In this document: positions 23,499-37,487 of the stretch, in pieces
Layout of the letters: each line of letters begins with the position of its first letter
How positions within the stretch are numbered: the first letter of the stretch is position 1
Assembly: GCA_001179505.1 (NCBI GenBank)
Contig: CDMY01000311.1
Location: forward strand, 1-64,000
From: Vitrella brassicaformis CCMP3155
Taxonomy: Eukaryota; Protista; Chromerida
DNA length: 64,000 bases
Direction of reading: 5' to 3'
Program-made: the position numbers and the translations under genes
Notes under the pieces: generated by a model
Databases searched by the model: none
The model's input: only the letters and a program-made list of their open reading frames with translations
What the model was told of the DNA's origin: nothing

Positions 23499-23977
23499 CC
23501 ATCGAAATGCCCATTCAGCAGTACAACTTATTCACAACAGGGCAGGCGTAGGCGGCCATCATCTGCCCCCCCGTACGCAGATGAATGAGGTGTGATTGTG
23601 CGAAAGACCCTTGCCGGCGGCCCCCCACAACCGCTCGCCACCCGCATACACCAGGAAAGAAAGGCAGACTCACGCTCTGCACACCACGTTCCGCACACCA
23701 CCTGCACAGGCGCTTCTCTGCCCTTCTCCCCTTGGTAGCTAATCGAGGAAAACGCCCCCCTCGTCATTGAATCCTATCGATCTCACCGCTGGCTGATGGT
23801 TTGCCGCAGCAACGCGCGCAGGAGCAAGTGTCGGCTGTCTGTCTGTCTGTCTGTCTGCCAGCGCCTAGGAATTAAACCATGCAGCCGAGTAGCCTACCTA
23901 CCGCCACGTACCTACCGCTGTACACCCACCATCCCATCCATCCATCCATCCATCCACCCGCCCACCCACCCTGGCTA

Positions 23978-26316
23978 TCACAGCTCTACTTTGGGTCGCT
24001 TCCGCGACGGCCCGCTGGCGGCACTGTCCAACTCATCCCCATCGGCGATGGAGCCCAAGATGGCCTGCATCAGGTCGGAGCCTCTCCTGTTGACCTCACT
24101 GGCCGCCCTCTTGCCGACGCCGTTCCCGTCGCTCAGCGGCCCCCCCACCATACCCCACACGAGCCGGAAGAGGCGCTGGCGGTCGCCCAGCGTCGTCACG
24201 GTGCGGATGAAGGCAGCGATGTCGGTGCTGTGCGCCAGGAACACGTCGAGGCTGACGCATCCGCTCAGAATCTCGCCATAGCACCACCCGCCGAGCACCT
24301 CCTGGCGGTCACGCCGGGCGAACCAGGCGGTGACGGCCCACAGAGGCGACACACCGCCGGCTCGAATGCGGGACAAGAGGGCACCGACGCTCTCGGCAGC
24401 CTGCGTCATAGAGGGAGATATAATGACGGAGCCATCAAACACACACACACACACACATGACGCAGCCTGTCTGTCATCTGTGTGTGTGTGTGTCCGCTGA
24501 GTCACTGTCTGTCCCACCTGTCTGTCCATCGAGTATCCCACAGCTTGGATGTCGGCCGATCTGCGCTCGAGCAGCATGATGCGCAGGCAGTGCAGCACGA
24601 GGCACCGCATCGGGTGGTGGCTGATCGTCACGGTCGCCTTGACGTCCTTGACCTTCTTGCCCGTGTCAGCGAAGCGCTTCTGCGAGCGGAATGGGCACCA
24701 CACCGTGAGGCCCTTGTCTTCCCGCCCGGTCAGCATGCCCACGCTGAAGTACGGGTTCTCGAGTGTCTCCTCCACACCGTCGACGGAGATGGTGGCCCTG
24801 CTGGAGTAGCAGAAGACCCCGTGTGGGCGGCCATCCACGGCGGCAGCGCAGCGGGTGAAGATCTTGAAGGTCTTGACGTCCTCGAGCAGCATATCCCCAT
24901 AATCGTCGGGGTCGTCGTCATAGTACCGCCCGATGCACTGCGCGCTGTCGGCGGACTTCGTTCCGGTCATGTCGGTAGCGAATGGTGCATGTTCGTACTC
25001 TAGCTCCAGATCCGCCATGTCGATGACGCACTTCTGCGCGAGCTGCTCCGTCTGGAAAACCGCTGCTGCCTGTGGTACGCACACCACGACACAACACAAC
25101 ACGGCACAACAGCTGCATCGCTGCCCCCTTGCGTGTGCGGATTTATGTGTTCTCACCGCTTCGTTGAAGTTGCCGGTCATGGTGGTCTCGATGAGGAATT
25201 GCTGGAGCGTCTCGAGCCGCACACCACACGTGCCCCTGTCGATGACGGACGTGAGGCTGCACAGGGCACTGATGATGAAGTTCCTGAGCGACCCGTCGCC
25301 AGCGTCGGATGCGCCAGCACTCCAATGTGAGGCCACCTGCTGCCCGCTCTTGGCTATGTAGGGGGCACAGCAGTCCATGAGCTCGGGACACTGCATCAAC
25401 AGCGACCTGACATGCGCACAGCACCGAGAGAATGATCACTGTTTCTGCCGCGAGCCTTCCTTAACCGGAGCTGACCTGACGAGCGGTCTGGCGAGTGCCA
25501 TCTTGAGCAGATTTCTACAGATGCCCTGGTCCTGCTGCCAACCGTTGAGGCGAATCTGAAGCAGTCGTACGTAGCACGCAGCATAGCGTGTTCTGACACA
25601 CCCATCGCCCTCCCTGTATGCCTCGCCGCGCCTCTCACCTTGGCACCGATGGCGTCGAGCATGGCGTCCTTTTCTATGGGCTGCAGGAAGTCGAGGGCCG
25701 CTAGCACATCCAACACACTCTGAACACAGAGAAGCGGAGCGGGAAGTGCAACCATGTCATGCACTGGTTGTTGGTCTAGGTACCTCTTTCGTGATGGTCC
25801 TGAGCATGGCTGCGCGGGGCTGCAGCACCACAGCCGCGATGGGCCGCGAGATATATGTCCTGCAGCGATACCGTGCGGTCAGCCATCTCCTGGAAGTTGC
25901 CGTCCAGCAGCTGCACACAGAAAGGGAAACGCAGGCACGGCCATGCAGATCTACGCAGATGCGTGCGTGTTATGTCAGCCTACCGCATGGAAGAACTCGT
26001 ATTGCTGCGTGGTGGCCTCGTCGATGATGAGCGGCTCATCGGATCCCGCACACTTGACGGTGATCTCAGTCATCAGGGCTGAGCGAAATTCCAGAGCCTG
26101 GCTGGCTCGCAGCCGTTGCAGCTTCCCTGCAGTGGGCTTCTGTAGTCGGGGCATGTTCCCTGGCAGACAAGGAACAGCGTGTCTGCCAGTGCATACGTGC
26201 GTCGGCCTTCTCCTGCCGACAATTGGGTGATTGAATCGAAGGAGCACGACCTCTGCACGGACTTGTTGTGCCCGCAGGTGTGTTCTCACATGTGTCAAGT
26301 CATTCAATGTCGCCAT
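23978..26316 (-). CDS. BTB/POZ-like domain protein, probably of a lineage-expanded family
   Basis: EITVKC..LLDGNFQEMADRTVSLQDI..SVLDVLAALDFLQ resembles a BTB fold; C-terminal basic SRKRPKVEL*. Confidence 0.55.
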
Positions 26317-26550
26317 CCGTCTATTCACGTCTGTGTGTGGCTGCCGCTGGAATGTCAGTCCAGTGATCGCATCTGTCTGCCAGCCGACAGCCAAGGCCAC
26401 GACATTAATCCTGAACAAGGACCGACGTCGTCGCCTACGGCCTCTGCGTGCCACAGAAGCGAGCAGACGACACCAGCTTGCGCGCATCTCAGTCAGTCAG
26501 TCAGTCATTAGATGCTCTCCAGTAGGAGACCGATGCTTCATCTGTCTGGC

Positions 26551-26586
<36 letters not shown>

Positions 26587-27119
26587 TTGTTGAGCGTAGC
26601 GACGCACAGGTTACTTATTCACTCGATGACCCATCCATCCATTGCGCTCTTAAAACGCCTCTCTGTCTGCCTGTCTGTCTGTCCTTTCGCTTCCTCTGTC
26701 CCTCCCTCCATCACTCCTGCACACACGACCCCGTCACTCGACAGATAAATGAGCCATCGACCGATCGGGAGGATGAAAAATCATATCATCCCTCCCTGCC
26801 TCCCTCCACACGTCCCACACTCACTCCATGCTCACATCACGCACAGGGACGTTTGCAGACAACCCTCTCTTTCTTTCTTCCTTAACTCTTCCACATCAGT
26901 ACCGAGACCAGAAAAATCAGTGTCAGTCACCTCAGGCACACAGAAAACCGCCACACGCACACTGAGTGACAGGATACACCTACTGCTCTCCCCTCCCACC
27001 CCTCCAGCCATCCGTCACATCCCCACGTGCAAACATGCAGCCAGCCGCGTCGAAAAATCACTCATAGATACCCTACCGCGTGTCCCTTCTCTCCCTCCCT
27101 CCCCCATTCATTCATTCAT

Positions 27120-28524
27120 TCATGCAATGTCGTCGAGGCCAACGGCCTTTGCGGAGTACTCCCAGACCATTTGTGCCTTCTTCTTGTCTTGGGCCTCGTC
27201 CGACAGGGTGTTCTCGAAGAGGTCGCCGCCCGACCCACCCGCCCCCACAGGCGTGTCGCTGCCCGGCACCAGCACCCCCACCATCCTGGCGCCCCCATTC
27301 CAGCTCCAGTAGATGCCGCTCTTGGCGCACCGGGGGTCCGCAACGGTCTGGGCGAGGCGGTCGCCGGCTTCTGGCTCGCTGACGTATCCGCCTGTGACGT
27401 ACTTCATGAAGACAGGGAAGAGCTTGCGGAACCACTGCCGTTTGTTGCGGAAGAGGTTGGTCTCTGCGATGCAGCCGGGGTACATGGAGGTGAAGGCGAT
27501 GTTGGTCGAGTTGTGCAGCCGCCGGTCCAGCTCCTGCATCAGCAGCATGTTGCACAGCTTGCTGTCCTTGTACGCCTTGGCGCCATTGAAGTTGTGACCT
27601 GTGTGGGGCACAGGAAGACAACACACACGACACACACAACACACTCACGCACCCGCCCTCCTCCCTCTCTCTCCGTGTGTGAGATGAGATGAGATGAGAT
27701 GAGATAGATGGTTCGGCCGGCTCACCGTCGATCATGGCAGTGCGCTGGCCCTTGAGCATCCGCCTCCACCCCCTCATGTCGCCAAGCTCCGCCCGCGGCC
27801 ACACCAGCCCGCCGCCGATGGTGTTGGTGTTGCCCGTGATGGAGCCCACAATCACGCAGCGGGGGTCCTTGCTCTTCTTGAGCTCCGGCAGCAGCAGGTT
27901 GATGAGCAGAAAGTGGGACAGATGGTTGACCTGCAGCGACATCTCGTAGCCGTCCTTGGTGAACTCGGGCGCCTGCAGGTGGGGCAGGTACACGGCCGCA
28001 TTGCAGATGAGCCGGTCGAGCGGCTGCGGGCCCAGCCACGCCTTCAGGTTCCTCGCGAACTTGCGGACGCTGTCGAACGAGGCGAGGTCCATCTCGAGCA
28101 CGGCGACGTCCTTGCCCTCCTCCAGCCCCTCCTCCTTGCAGATGCGCTTGGTCTTCTCCTTGTCCCGCACAGCCATGACCACGAAGTAGCCTCCCTGCTT
28201 GGCGAGAGACTTGGTCGTCGCCAACCCCAGGCCGCTGGATGCGCCAGTGATGACGACAATCTTCTTGTTGATGGCCCGCAGGCCGCCCAGCAGCGGCGGC
28301 AGATCAGCCGTCAGCGGCTCCTTGTCCTTGGCATCCTTGGTGTCAGAGGTTGGCCGCACGAGAGTGGTGGCCTGTAGAGCAGTCGAGGGGAGCGAGGCAG
28401 GCGGTGGTGATCTCCGCAGAGAGACACGGCGGGAGGATGAGAGTGACGGGAGGTGTGCCGGTGAGGGAGGGACGAATGCATGTGAGAGGGGGAGGGCCAG
28501 GGCGAGCACGGCGAGGGGCGACAT
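27120..28524 (-). CDS. POR: Light-dependent NADPH:protochlorophyllide oxidoreductase precursor; 2 exons (28524-27726, 27598-27120)
   Basis: [10 protein letters not shown] Rossmann motif, CNAAVYLP, catalytic AKAYKDSK (YxxxK), [19 protein letters not shown]; leader [18 protein letters not shown].. Confidence 0.97.
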
Positions 28525-28844
28525 GATGGACGGCGACAGATCCAGGGGGAATGGGAGAGAGGGACGGGGATGCGGAGCAGCTGCAACGTTCCGGGGAGAG
28601 CGGTTTCCAATGAGAGGTCCTCCAACAGTTTCACGGAACGTCCTAGCCAAAGATGGCGATCCGACAATTCTGGTGGTTCTGGCGCCGAAAAGCCTTCCCG
28701 ACTGCTGAACAGCGAGAGCAGAGGACGAGGAAACGGTGCAATTCCATCCATTCGACGTCCTGGTGCGTCCTGGCTGCCTTACTTGTGATGGTGCTGGGAC
28801 GGCTGCCCGGCTTCGGTGAAGGATAAGACAGCCCCGCCACCGTC

Positions 28845-31800
28845 ATGGAAGAAGGTACGTGTGTGCAACAAACCCATACGCAGAGGGAGGGGAAGAGGAA
28901 TCATCTAACAGTGACTGATGTTGGTGGATGTGTGTGGGTGCAGGCGAGGGCGATGGTGGCGGTGGTGGTCGGTCTGCCCTGCGTGGCAGTGGCACTTATG
29001 GTCTCCCGATCTACGGGTCAACCATCCTTTGTTCGACACTCACCGCACACACAGCGAAGATATCTCTCTCCCCTCTGTGTTGTCTGGTGCAGGCATGTGC
29101 TGATGGCGGCGTTAGTAAAGTTCAAGAAGACTTCAATCGCATATCGATGCTGTTTGAGAGGATTCAGTCGAAGGTCACGACATGACATTGACATTGACAC
29201 GCAGGCAGACAGACAGGCAGGCAGGCACCGCACCGCACCCTTCATGTGTGCGTTGGTTTGTTGGTGCAGTGGTCGGCTGATCCCTCTCGGGCGGCGCAGG
29301 AGCTGCTGCACGGCCGAACTGATGTACAGGTGAGCGTGTGGACGGATGGCTTACACTGGTCGCCTTGGGGGGCCTATGTGCCTGTTTGTGTGTGCAGTGT
29401 GAGTTGTCGGCCGTGGCGAGCAGTCTGTCGCGCATAGACGCCCTGTTAGACACACCTGCAGAGGTACACAGACACACACATGTGAGCAGAGGGAGGTACC
29501 TGGTGAGACCTAGCAGCGGCGGTGCGGTGTGGTGTGGTACCAGGATAAGTTGGTTGGTGCTGGAGGGGCGGTGGACATAGCTGAGGCCAGTGAGGCACAT
29601 GACACTTCCACACCGGTACGCACACACACTTGCACGAGGAGCCATGGCATATGTGTCTGTGTGCTGTGTGTTCGTGTGGTGCGGTATGCCACCAGGTGGG
29701 TGTCGGTGGACCGATGGACGTAGGCGACACCAATGAGGGACTTGACGCATCAAATTCGGTAGGCAAATGGCGACGGCAACACAAGGCTGTATGTCGACAG
29801 CCATGGGTCCTCTCTCCCTGTGTATGTCTGTGTGTGTGCAGGTATGTGTGTCGGAGGTCAAGCGGGCCCGATTGGAGGGTCACTCAGGCCATCATGCCGC
29901 TGCAGCAGCAGCGAGTCGCGGTGGGTGGCGACAAAGCACATCAACCACACCCATACCAATCGGACGCACCCCAATGCCCTCTCTGCCTGTCTGTGTGTGT
30001 GTTGTGCAGGTGGTGTGTCGGGCGGCCCCGAGCTAGATGGGCAAACCCAAGACCACCAGCAGCAGCAGCAACAGCAGCAGGTCAGCCAGATGACACACGT
30101 GGGCCTGACGCCCATTGACGCCCTCATACTCTCTCTGTGTGTGTGTGTGTGTGTGTCAGGTTGTGTGTGGGCCGTGTTTGTGTAGCCTTGAGGGCCCGTT
30201 GCTGTGCGAGATGGCTTCGTTTCTCACCACCATTGAGGCCACCGTCCTCTGCCGTCTCTGTAAGGACATCAGCAGCAAGGCCGACTACACCGCCAACACA
30301 CACACCACCGAGGGCAAGACCGACGACACGCCATTCGGCATCTACCGCAACCTCACGATCGCAAAGGACGAGCGCCTCACTTGGCAGCGGCTTGACTGGG
30401 CCCCATGCTCGCATCTGAGGGAAAAACTGGTGAGGGCGTCTTGTCATGTAAACAAAGCCAGAGTGCGGATGATGGATCCTTTGTCTTTCTGCCTGCCTGT
30501 CTGGTCACTCAGGGCCACGTCACGACAGCCTGCATCCGAGACAGGGACGATGCCACTATATGCGTCAATGGCGGCCGACTCTCCTTTGTGACGACTTGCC
30601 TCGAGGCGTCCAAGGCATCCCTCAAACACATCTGCACCACGGGTTTCATCGACCGTGAACACGCCCCGCTGCCCCCACGACCCGCAGTGGCCTTTGACAA
30701 GCTCACGACGCTGCACGTGACGTCTTCGCCGTGGATCAGACACTTCAGGTGAGTGAAATAGCAATACAAGGCAGGTCCATAGATGTCATATTCTTTGCCC
30801 GCCCCTGGTGCTGTGGGTTTCAGGGAGTCCAACTGGACGTTCCCGAGCCTCGTCGATTTACGGGTCACCGACACGACGCATACAGAGCTCCGAGACGTCG
30901 CCCACATCGTGCGGTCGGCCCCCCAGCTGCGCACACTCACAGCGGCCAGCAGCTGGGACAAGATCGGGGGCAAGGGCAGCGACTTGTGTGAGTTCGCCAG
31001 TGCCCTCAAGCAGTGCCCTCACCTGACGACCATCCGCGGGCTGGCCATCGAGAACAGCAACACGCACAGCAACCACTGCAGCCACCTGACTGATTTGCAG
31101 GAGGCCCTCGACACCCACTGGGGCAAAGAGGAGAACGGAGGTAGGTGGATGGGCTCGGATGGGCAGGCAGATATCACATGTGTTGCCTTGTCTGCTCTCG
31201 ATGTCTGTTGCATCCCTGCCTCCCTGTAATGTAGGCGTCAAGAGGACCATCGAGTTTGTGTACGACCACCCCACCATCAGCACCAGCTTCGGCGACGAGA
31301 CCCGCCCCCTCCACGCCTTCCTCACATGGGCGCGGCGGGTTGGTGTGGCCATCGAGTGGCGGCTGGGCGAGGTCTTCTTCCTGGACTGCAGCAAGGGTGC
31401 ATCGAGCTCGGTCGGCCCTCCGGCTGTGCGTGGCCCCGTGGCAGACGTGGTCAAGGACGCGGCGTCCAAAGCAAAGATAGTAAGTCGGAGGAAGCGAGTG
31501 ACTGTGGCCCTCTTCCACCGTCCATCTATCTATCGTGTTGTCCACGCCATGGCTGCCTGTGTGCCTCAGGTGTACTTGTATTTGGGTGGTACCCCTCTCC
31601 ACCACTCGTGGAAGGACCTGCTGACATTTGCCGATGCAGGCATCCTCGAGATCTGGGAGGACGCCAATGGATCGGCGACGATCGAGGGCATCCCCATATG
31701 GCTGCTGGAGGTCGATGACAACGGCAACAACGTGCGCTTCCCCAAGGTAGACTACCTCAACGTCTCACTGGCTCATGTGGGCGATGATGATGCCCGACCT

Positions 31801-32472
31801 GAAGAGGCGTGGCATTTGCCGACCGCCCCCAACTCACTCACTAGACTGCTAGGCAGCCTGCGGGGGGTCACATCAGTCGAGTTCACCACGTCTAGTTTGT
31901 CTGCCGTGTGTGAGTGCCTGCCGCCCATGAGCACCGACAAACTGGACGTGTTGGAGGTCTGTGTGGCCGCCCACTTGACTGAACTGCCTGACCCCATCCC
32001 CCAGTACCCACTGCCGACTGTGCACCGCCTTGTCGTCCCGACACGTTGGGGGGCTGCAGTGAGCAAGGCAGCTGCGTTGTCGTGTATGCGTTTGGCCTTA
32101 CTCACTCACGCACACGAGGCAGAATTTGAGTTTTACATAGCGTCAGACCAGTTTGACTTCCACCGAGACTATGGGGAGCTAGAAGGAGGGGATGAGGCGG
32201 AGGATGATGAGGATGAGGATGCTGTGTGGGAGCGAGAGAGGGAGCTGCGCCAGGCCACGGAGCAGCATGGCAAGGGGTGCATGCGCGCCTTGGCCACTGA
32301 GTGCTATGAGGTAGTCAAGGGAGGATACCAGCTGACAGACGTAGACGTCGGCTGTCACGTGGAGCACAACGAGACCACGATGCAGCTGATGTCCTATGGC
32401 CATTTGCAGCTAAAGGTGTTAGCTAAGGGGGCCATAGCCGGGGGGGAGGACAGAGGGGTCATGACCGACTGA
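28845..32472 (+). CDS. Large multi-exon hypothetical protein (helical N-terminus, LRR-like repeats in the C-terminal half)
   Basis: Coding-biased exons such as LLCEMASFLTTIEATVLCRLCK, VRSAPQLRTL, LKQCPHLTTIRGL, and a long terminal exon at 31570-32472. Confidence 0.65.
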
Positions 32473-32791
32473 CTCTGCTGACTTGTACAGACTCTGCTGA
32501 CTTGTACAGACTCACTCTCGTGGATGTGGCTGCCTGTGGATGAGTAGCGGTACATCGTTTTGATGCATGAGTGCCTGCGATGTCCTCGAGTTTCAGTGGT
32601 TGCTCGGTTGCAATGAAGGGACTGTGTCACACTCGTGTGCACTTGATTGTTTGTTGAAGATAAACAAAGAGTTCAGTCCCCGTCCGTCGCATGTGTCCCT
32701 CCCTGCCAAGGAAGCCACCTTCCAAATGTACTATGGCCACAGATCCACCACATACTGGATTGTCAAGTCAGACACGCATTGATGCAATAAC

Positions 32792-33908
32792 ATGGCGCCG
32801 TCTAGTCTGCCTAGTTACCTGACGAACGTTGTTCCCTGCAGTCACAAGGAGCGACTGCTCGACGAGATTCAGGAACTCTTAGTCGAGAAAGAAGAAGTCA
32901 GTCACTCACTCACTCAACACACACGAGGACACACATCGCTCTCTCTCTGGGTGTCACTGATTGGTGGATGAGTGCAGGCAGGAGATCATCCAGAAACTCA
33001 GTGAGCCCACACACCCACACAGACACACATCCATCGATGTGTCTGTGTGTGCAGAGGAGGAGCCGATCGGGCCGTCGCCGTTGGGCAAAGTGGCATACCA
33101 AACATACCTCTCCAAGGCAACACACACACACACACACACACACGAGAGAGACACACGAAGAGAGATTTTCGTGTCTGTGTGTCTGTGTGTCGATTGGTTG
33201 ACTGGCTGGCAGCATCCCACCCGTCTGCAATATCTCCACAACCGACTCCACGAAGAGCCATAAGACAGCGAGACACAGTCACACAAGAACAGCAGCTGAT
33301 GAGTGTGTGTGTGTGAGTGATGTGTGCAGGCGGGCCAAGGTTGATCCGGCAAAGGCAGCAGCCGACAAGATCAACAGCAACCACCGAGCAGTCATCGCAG
33401 CACATCAAGGGCACCATATTCTACATACCCAAACCAAAAGAGGGCAGGCAGCAGGTGGGTGAGCCCGAGGGGGAGACAGGGAGGGAGAGAGCCACAAGGA
33501 CATGTGTATGCGTTGTATTCTCTGCGTTCATTGCATCACGCAGCACGCGATAATATTTGCCGAGGACGAGATGATGATCGGCGGGCGCGACCGGCTCATG
33601 CGGCGACAGATGAAGCTACAGGAGAAGGAAAAGGCGGCAAGAAACCCTTTCAATGAGGTGCGCGCACGCGCAGCCAACAACCACCGTGTCTCTCACGCCG
33701 TGTTGATATGGTTGTCAGGACATCGCATACGAGCAGCGAGGTTGGTGGAAGCGGACCCACGGTGCAGGTAGGGAGCGGAGGGACGCATGGGAGACACACA
33801 GGGAGCCACATGTGGCACAAGCGGGGCAGCTATCTGTGTATGTGTGTGTGTGTGTGTGTGCAGGTGGGTTTCGGTCGCGCGATGTACCAAACTAGAGGCC
33901 GACGGTGA
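32792..33908 (+). CDS. Multi-exon hypothetical protein; structure uncertain
   Basis: MAPSSLPSYLTNVVPCSHKERLLDEIQELLVEKEE|gtcagt, then exons EEPIGPSPLGKVAYQTYLSK and IFAEDEMMIGGRDRLMRRQMKLQEKEK. Confidence 0.5.
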
Positions 33909-34429
33909 GGTGGATCATATCCAATGCCACGCTCCGAGTGGCCATGGTGCACTCGCTCAAGGAACACCCTGCCAGAGCATATATACATGTACAGCCCGCT
34001 GACACTGACGTTGCGTGTGAAAAATGCATGAGACGCGCACTGCACCTGGTCTGGTTGATACACACGGATAGCTAATTAACTAGTACACATCTCACACCGC
34101 ACTGAATCGTCAATCACTTACTGCTCATGATATCACGCTTGAAATCTCTCACCTTCAGCCATAGCGAGACACAAACAACTTACCACTCGCGCATTCCCGC
34201 CCCGCATTCCTCGGTCGTCACCAGATCGGGCTCGACAGCGGACACAGCTCACTGCAGCGCCAGATACTCATCGACACAGGCTAGTAAGAACTAGCTATCT
34301 GTGCATCGCTTGCCTCGGCGAAATATTCTCAAATTCTTCTCTGTTGGCGGCTCTGAAAAGAAGAGCATAACGGTGAATACGAGTCGTGTCCTCTGCTTTG
34401 GCGTAGCGTGTGTAAAGAGGTGTATGTTC

Positions 34430-36803
34430 CTACCTCCCATAAGACTGGTAGATGTGTATAAACAGGACAAGTATCGCAGTCAGCGCGTTCTCGAAAAGGA
34501 GCAGAATCCGTAGGCGAACAACACCTTGAGCGTACCAAACACACGTACAAACAAAACAACAGTATACGTGTGACGATGAAACAGCTGTCATCAGTGCGAA
34601 ATACGAGTGGCTGACCAGCCTCGCCCTCAGAGCGCAGAATTGGCAGGTTGCTGGAGCGCACCAAAATCTGATAAGGAAGTTCTTGTCTCTGCCTTGTGTC
34701 TCATGAGCGTTTCTCACGAACGTGCATACCGTAATAAGAAGGGCCTCTACAAGACCCTCGATCATAACAAGGACGAGCAGCCCCAAGAACCTCTCCACAA
34801 GGGCCGCTGACGACGGGCTGTGCGCCTCCCTTTTTAACCCTTCGACCATGTTGGTGAGAATCAGTACAAAAGACTCCACCAGGCCGTACAACTTAATCTG
34901 ATCGGCTAGCGCTCTTGTGTAGCGGGGCCCAATGGCAAGGCAGGCCAGCGCGGTGCTCATTGACATGCCGTCAAGGCAGCCGGGGGAGGGCATTGTGCAG
35001 GCCTTACGTCGCAAGAACTTGGTCATAAACCACCGTTTGAAAAGCGCACACACGATCACCCCTGACACGATACAGAGGCACACATACACGCTCCTGTATG
35101 TCGCACTGCACCACTCCCACCCACCATATGGCTGCGCCACGTCCGACACAAGGTCGTAACTACATATAAGCATCGAGACATCGGCCGAAACGTGCATGCA
35201 AGTGGACTGCGTTTGACCGTACATGGCAATCAGAAAGGTGTTGAGTATTTTGCTTGAAAAATGCTCCATCCTCGACTGCATTAACCTTGGCACCACCAGA
35301 TAGACGATGGCCAGCCAATTGAGAAGCAGAGAGGGTGTCAGGGGGGGGCCCTGCCCGACCGACCTTGCCGTGCGGCCCGCAAGGCACATAAACGGCCAGC
35401 CACATATAAGAGCGATTACCGCGACCCGGAGTCGCTCCGCGTCGCTTGTAGGTCCGACGTCACTGGGAAGAATGACGCTCATAAGCTGCACGTGCCGCCA
35501 ACAAGCAGAGGCAGAAATTATACGACGCATCACACTGGCATCCATAGCTTACGATCAATCCCCATCCGAGGACCAAAGTGTACAGCACAGCCATCTGAGA
35601 CGCGTACTCTCTCTTCCGCTGTAGTCGCATTGTCCTGGCCGCGTCATAGAAGAAGAGCCACCTGCCACCAGCAGAGAGAGTCCGACGGACTAGCGTATCG
35701 CCATGCATTGCTTACGGAAGCAACGAGCAGCTGAGTCCCCACGAAAGGATCGCAAGCACTCGCCGTAACCACACGGGTATGGTTGCGAGATGATACCAAA
35801 GAGTCACCGTAAACCCCAAAGTCGGGCCAACTGCGAAAATCATCCATGCGCGGCGGATTCGCAAGATTACTCGCCTGATATTGAGGCCCTCCACCATTTG
35901 AGACGCGTTAAGGGCATAGACCAGCGACTCGATTGCTCGTCGGGCGAGGTCGATCAGAACCCACGGCCTCGCTTGTTTTCTGCTTTCCTTACATGCGAAC
36001 CGCATACCAACCAGCAGCCCCAAAAAGAAAGTCGCCATGACAAATGCGATCAGGAGCTGCCTCCCAATGAGCCACGCGACACGGCGAAGCGTGTCCAACA
36101 GCCTCTCGGGAGTAGTTTTGGCGGCCACAAGTATCTGACCAACCCGCGAGAATCACGTGTAGCCGTCGTTTGTGTTGCCAAACTATGATATGTGTCCATT
36201 GGATGTGTTGCACACCTCCTGTGTCGCCGTCCTCTCGTAGACCAATGTTGCATCAAATTCCGCAAAGGCTGCCTGATAGCCAGCCGCGTCCCAAAACTCA
36301 GTTATTGAGTCAGATAAGGCACCCTGATGAAATGAAACACTCGAGTGGCCCCATCGATGGCGTCAGTGATCCCCCTTCCGTTGCACCTGTTCTCTTCCCG
36401 CCGATGACCCCAGCTCATATAAGGTCACCACGCGCCGCGTGGGCTTGGTTGCGCCCTCGGCCTGCCAGTGGGCAGCACTATGCTCGTGGTCTTGATGCAA
36501 CTGGGGGAGGTGGCCGTCCTCGTCACTAGGGCTGGCGTCTGCCGAGTCCGTGACGGAGAGGCTCGTGATGGTGGTCGCGTATCTGCATGGGAAAGTGTCG
36601 CCGTCCGACTGGGTGATGCGAGAGAAGGGAGGCCGCACTTCCTCGCGTGTCCCAGCCTCGTGGCCCTCATCGCTGAAAGCCAGAACGCACTCATCGACAT
36701 CGCTGTGGCTGTGGATCTGGTTGTCCTCCGCGAGATGACGCATGGAGACAGCACATTGATCTGGTGGGCAATCGAGCTGGACCCAGTCAGTGTCTTCAGC
36801 CAT
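34430..36803 (-). CDS. Putative multi-pass membrane protein; boundaries uncertain
   Basis: Acidic N-terminus from MAEDTDW (36803), then many hydrophobic segments (LLIAFVMATFFLGLLV, LRVAVIALICGWPF, LLNWLAIVYLVV, FLGLLVLVMIEGLVEALLI). Confidence 0.5.
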
Positions 36804-37487
36804 GGGGGGAGGGAGTTGGGGGAAGGGAGGGGGGAAAGGGGCGAGCCAAGCTCGCATTTTGGGGGCCCCCTCGCGAGTTCCCGCGGAGTGCGCCTCTACC
36901 CATGACGACAGCACGATGCGCATACCAATATTACTCTGTGGCTTCTCGGCTGCGAGGCCAGGAAGTAAATTTCCGGTTCGGCGAGAATTTGAGACGAAGA
37001 CGGCAAAAGAAGCTGTGCGCTTTTGCTTTTCCTCCGCCCTCGCCACAGCCGCCAAGAACGCTCTCTGTCCACCGCCGTCCAGCCCATACAGCCGTGCACA
37101 CGATACCAACACGTCTGTGAGCACCGTTTCGCAACGCAACAGCCTGCCTGCCCGCCGCCAAGAGATAAGTCGGCAGTGCAGCGAGTGACTGACGCCAAGG
37201 AGACGACCAAGGAGGAGAGGCCACCGCTGACACCCGAGATTGATAAATCGTCAGCTGGTTGGCCACAATGCAGTCCATAGCCCCGATACTCGACATGGCC
37301 GACAGGGTCGGCAACGGCATCACGCGTCTGATACCAACGCACACGGACTTTGCCGCCCACACCCTCTTCGGACTGGACTACGGTAATTAAGTCAGCCAGC
37401 CACACACTACTTGCTGTCTCTCTCAGTTGGTCACGGGTCATATGCCGTGGTGTTGTGTTGATATGGTGTGTGTGGCCTGATTGATGG

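Noticed and set aside
32471-32508. 19-bp tandem duplication (GACTCTGCTGACTTGTACA x2) just after a stop codon
   Set aside because: Most simply a slippage duplication in the 3' UTR; no further structure
34430-35545. Possible transposon or viral ORF in the low-GC island
   Set aside because: No RT, integrase, transposase or capsid motifs and no terminal repeats seen; the translation looks like a TM protein
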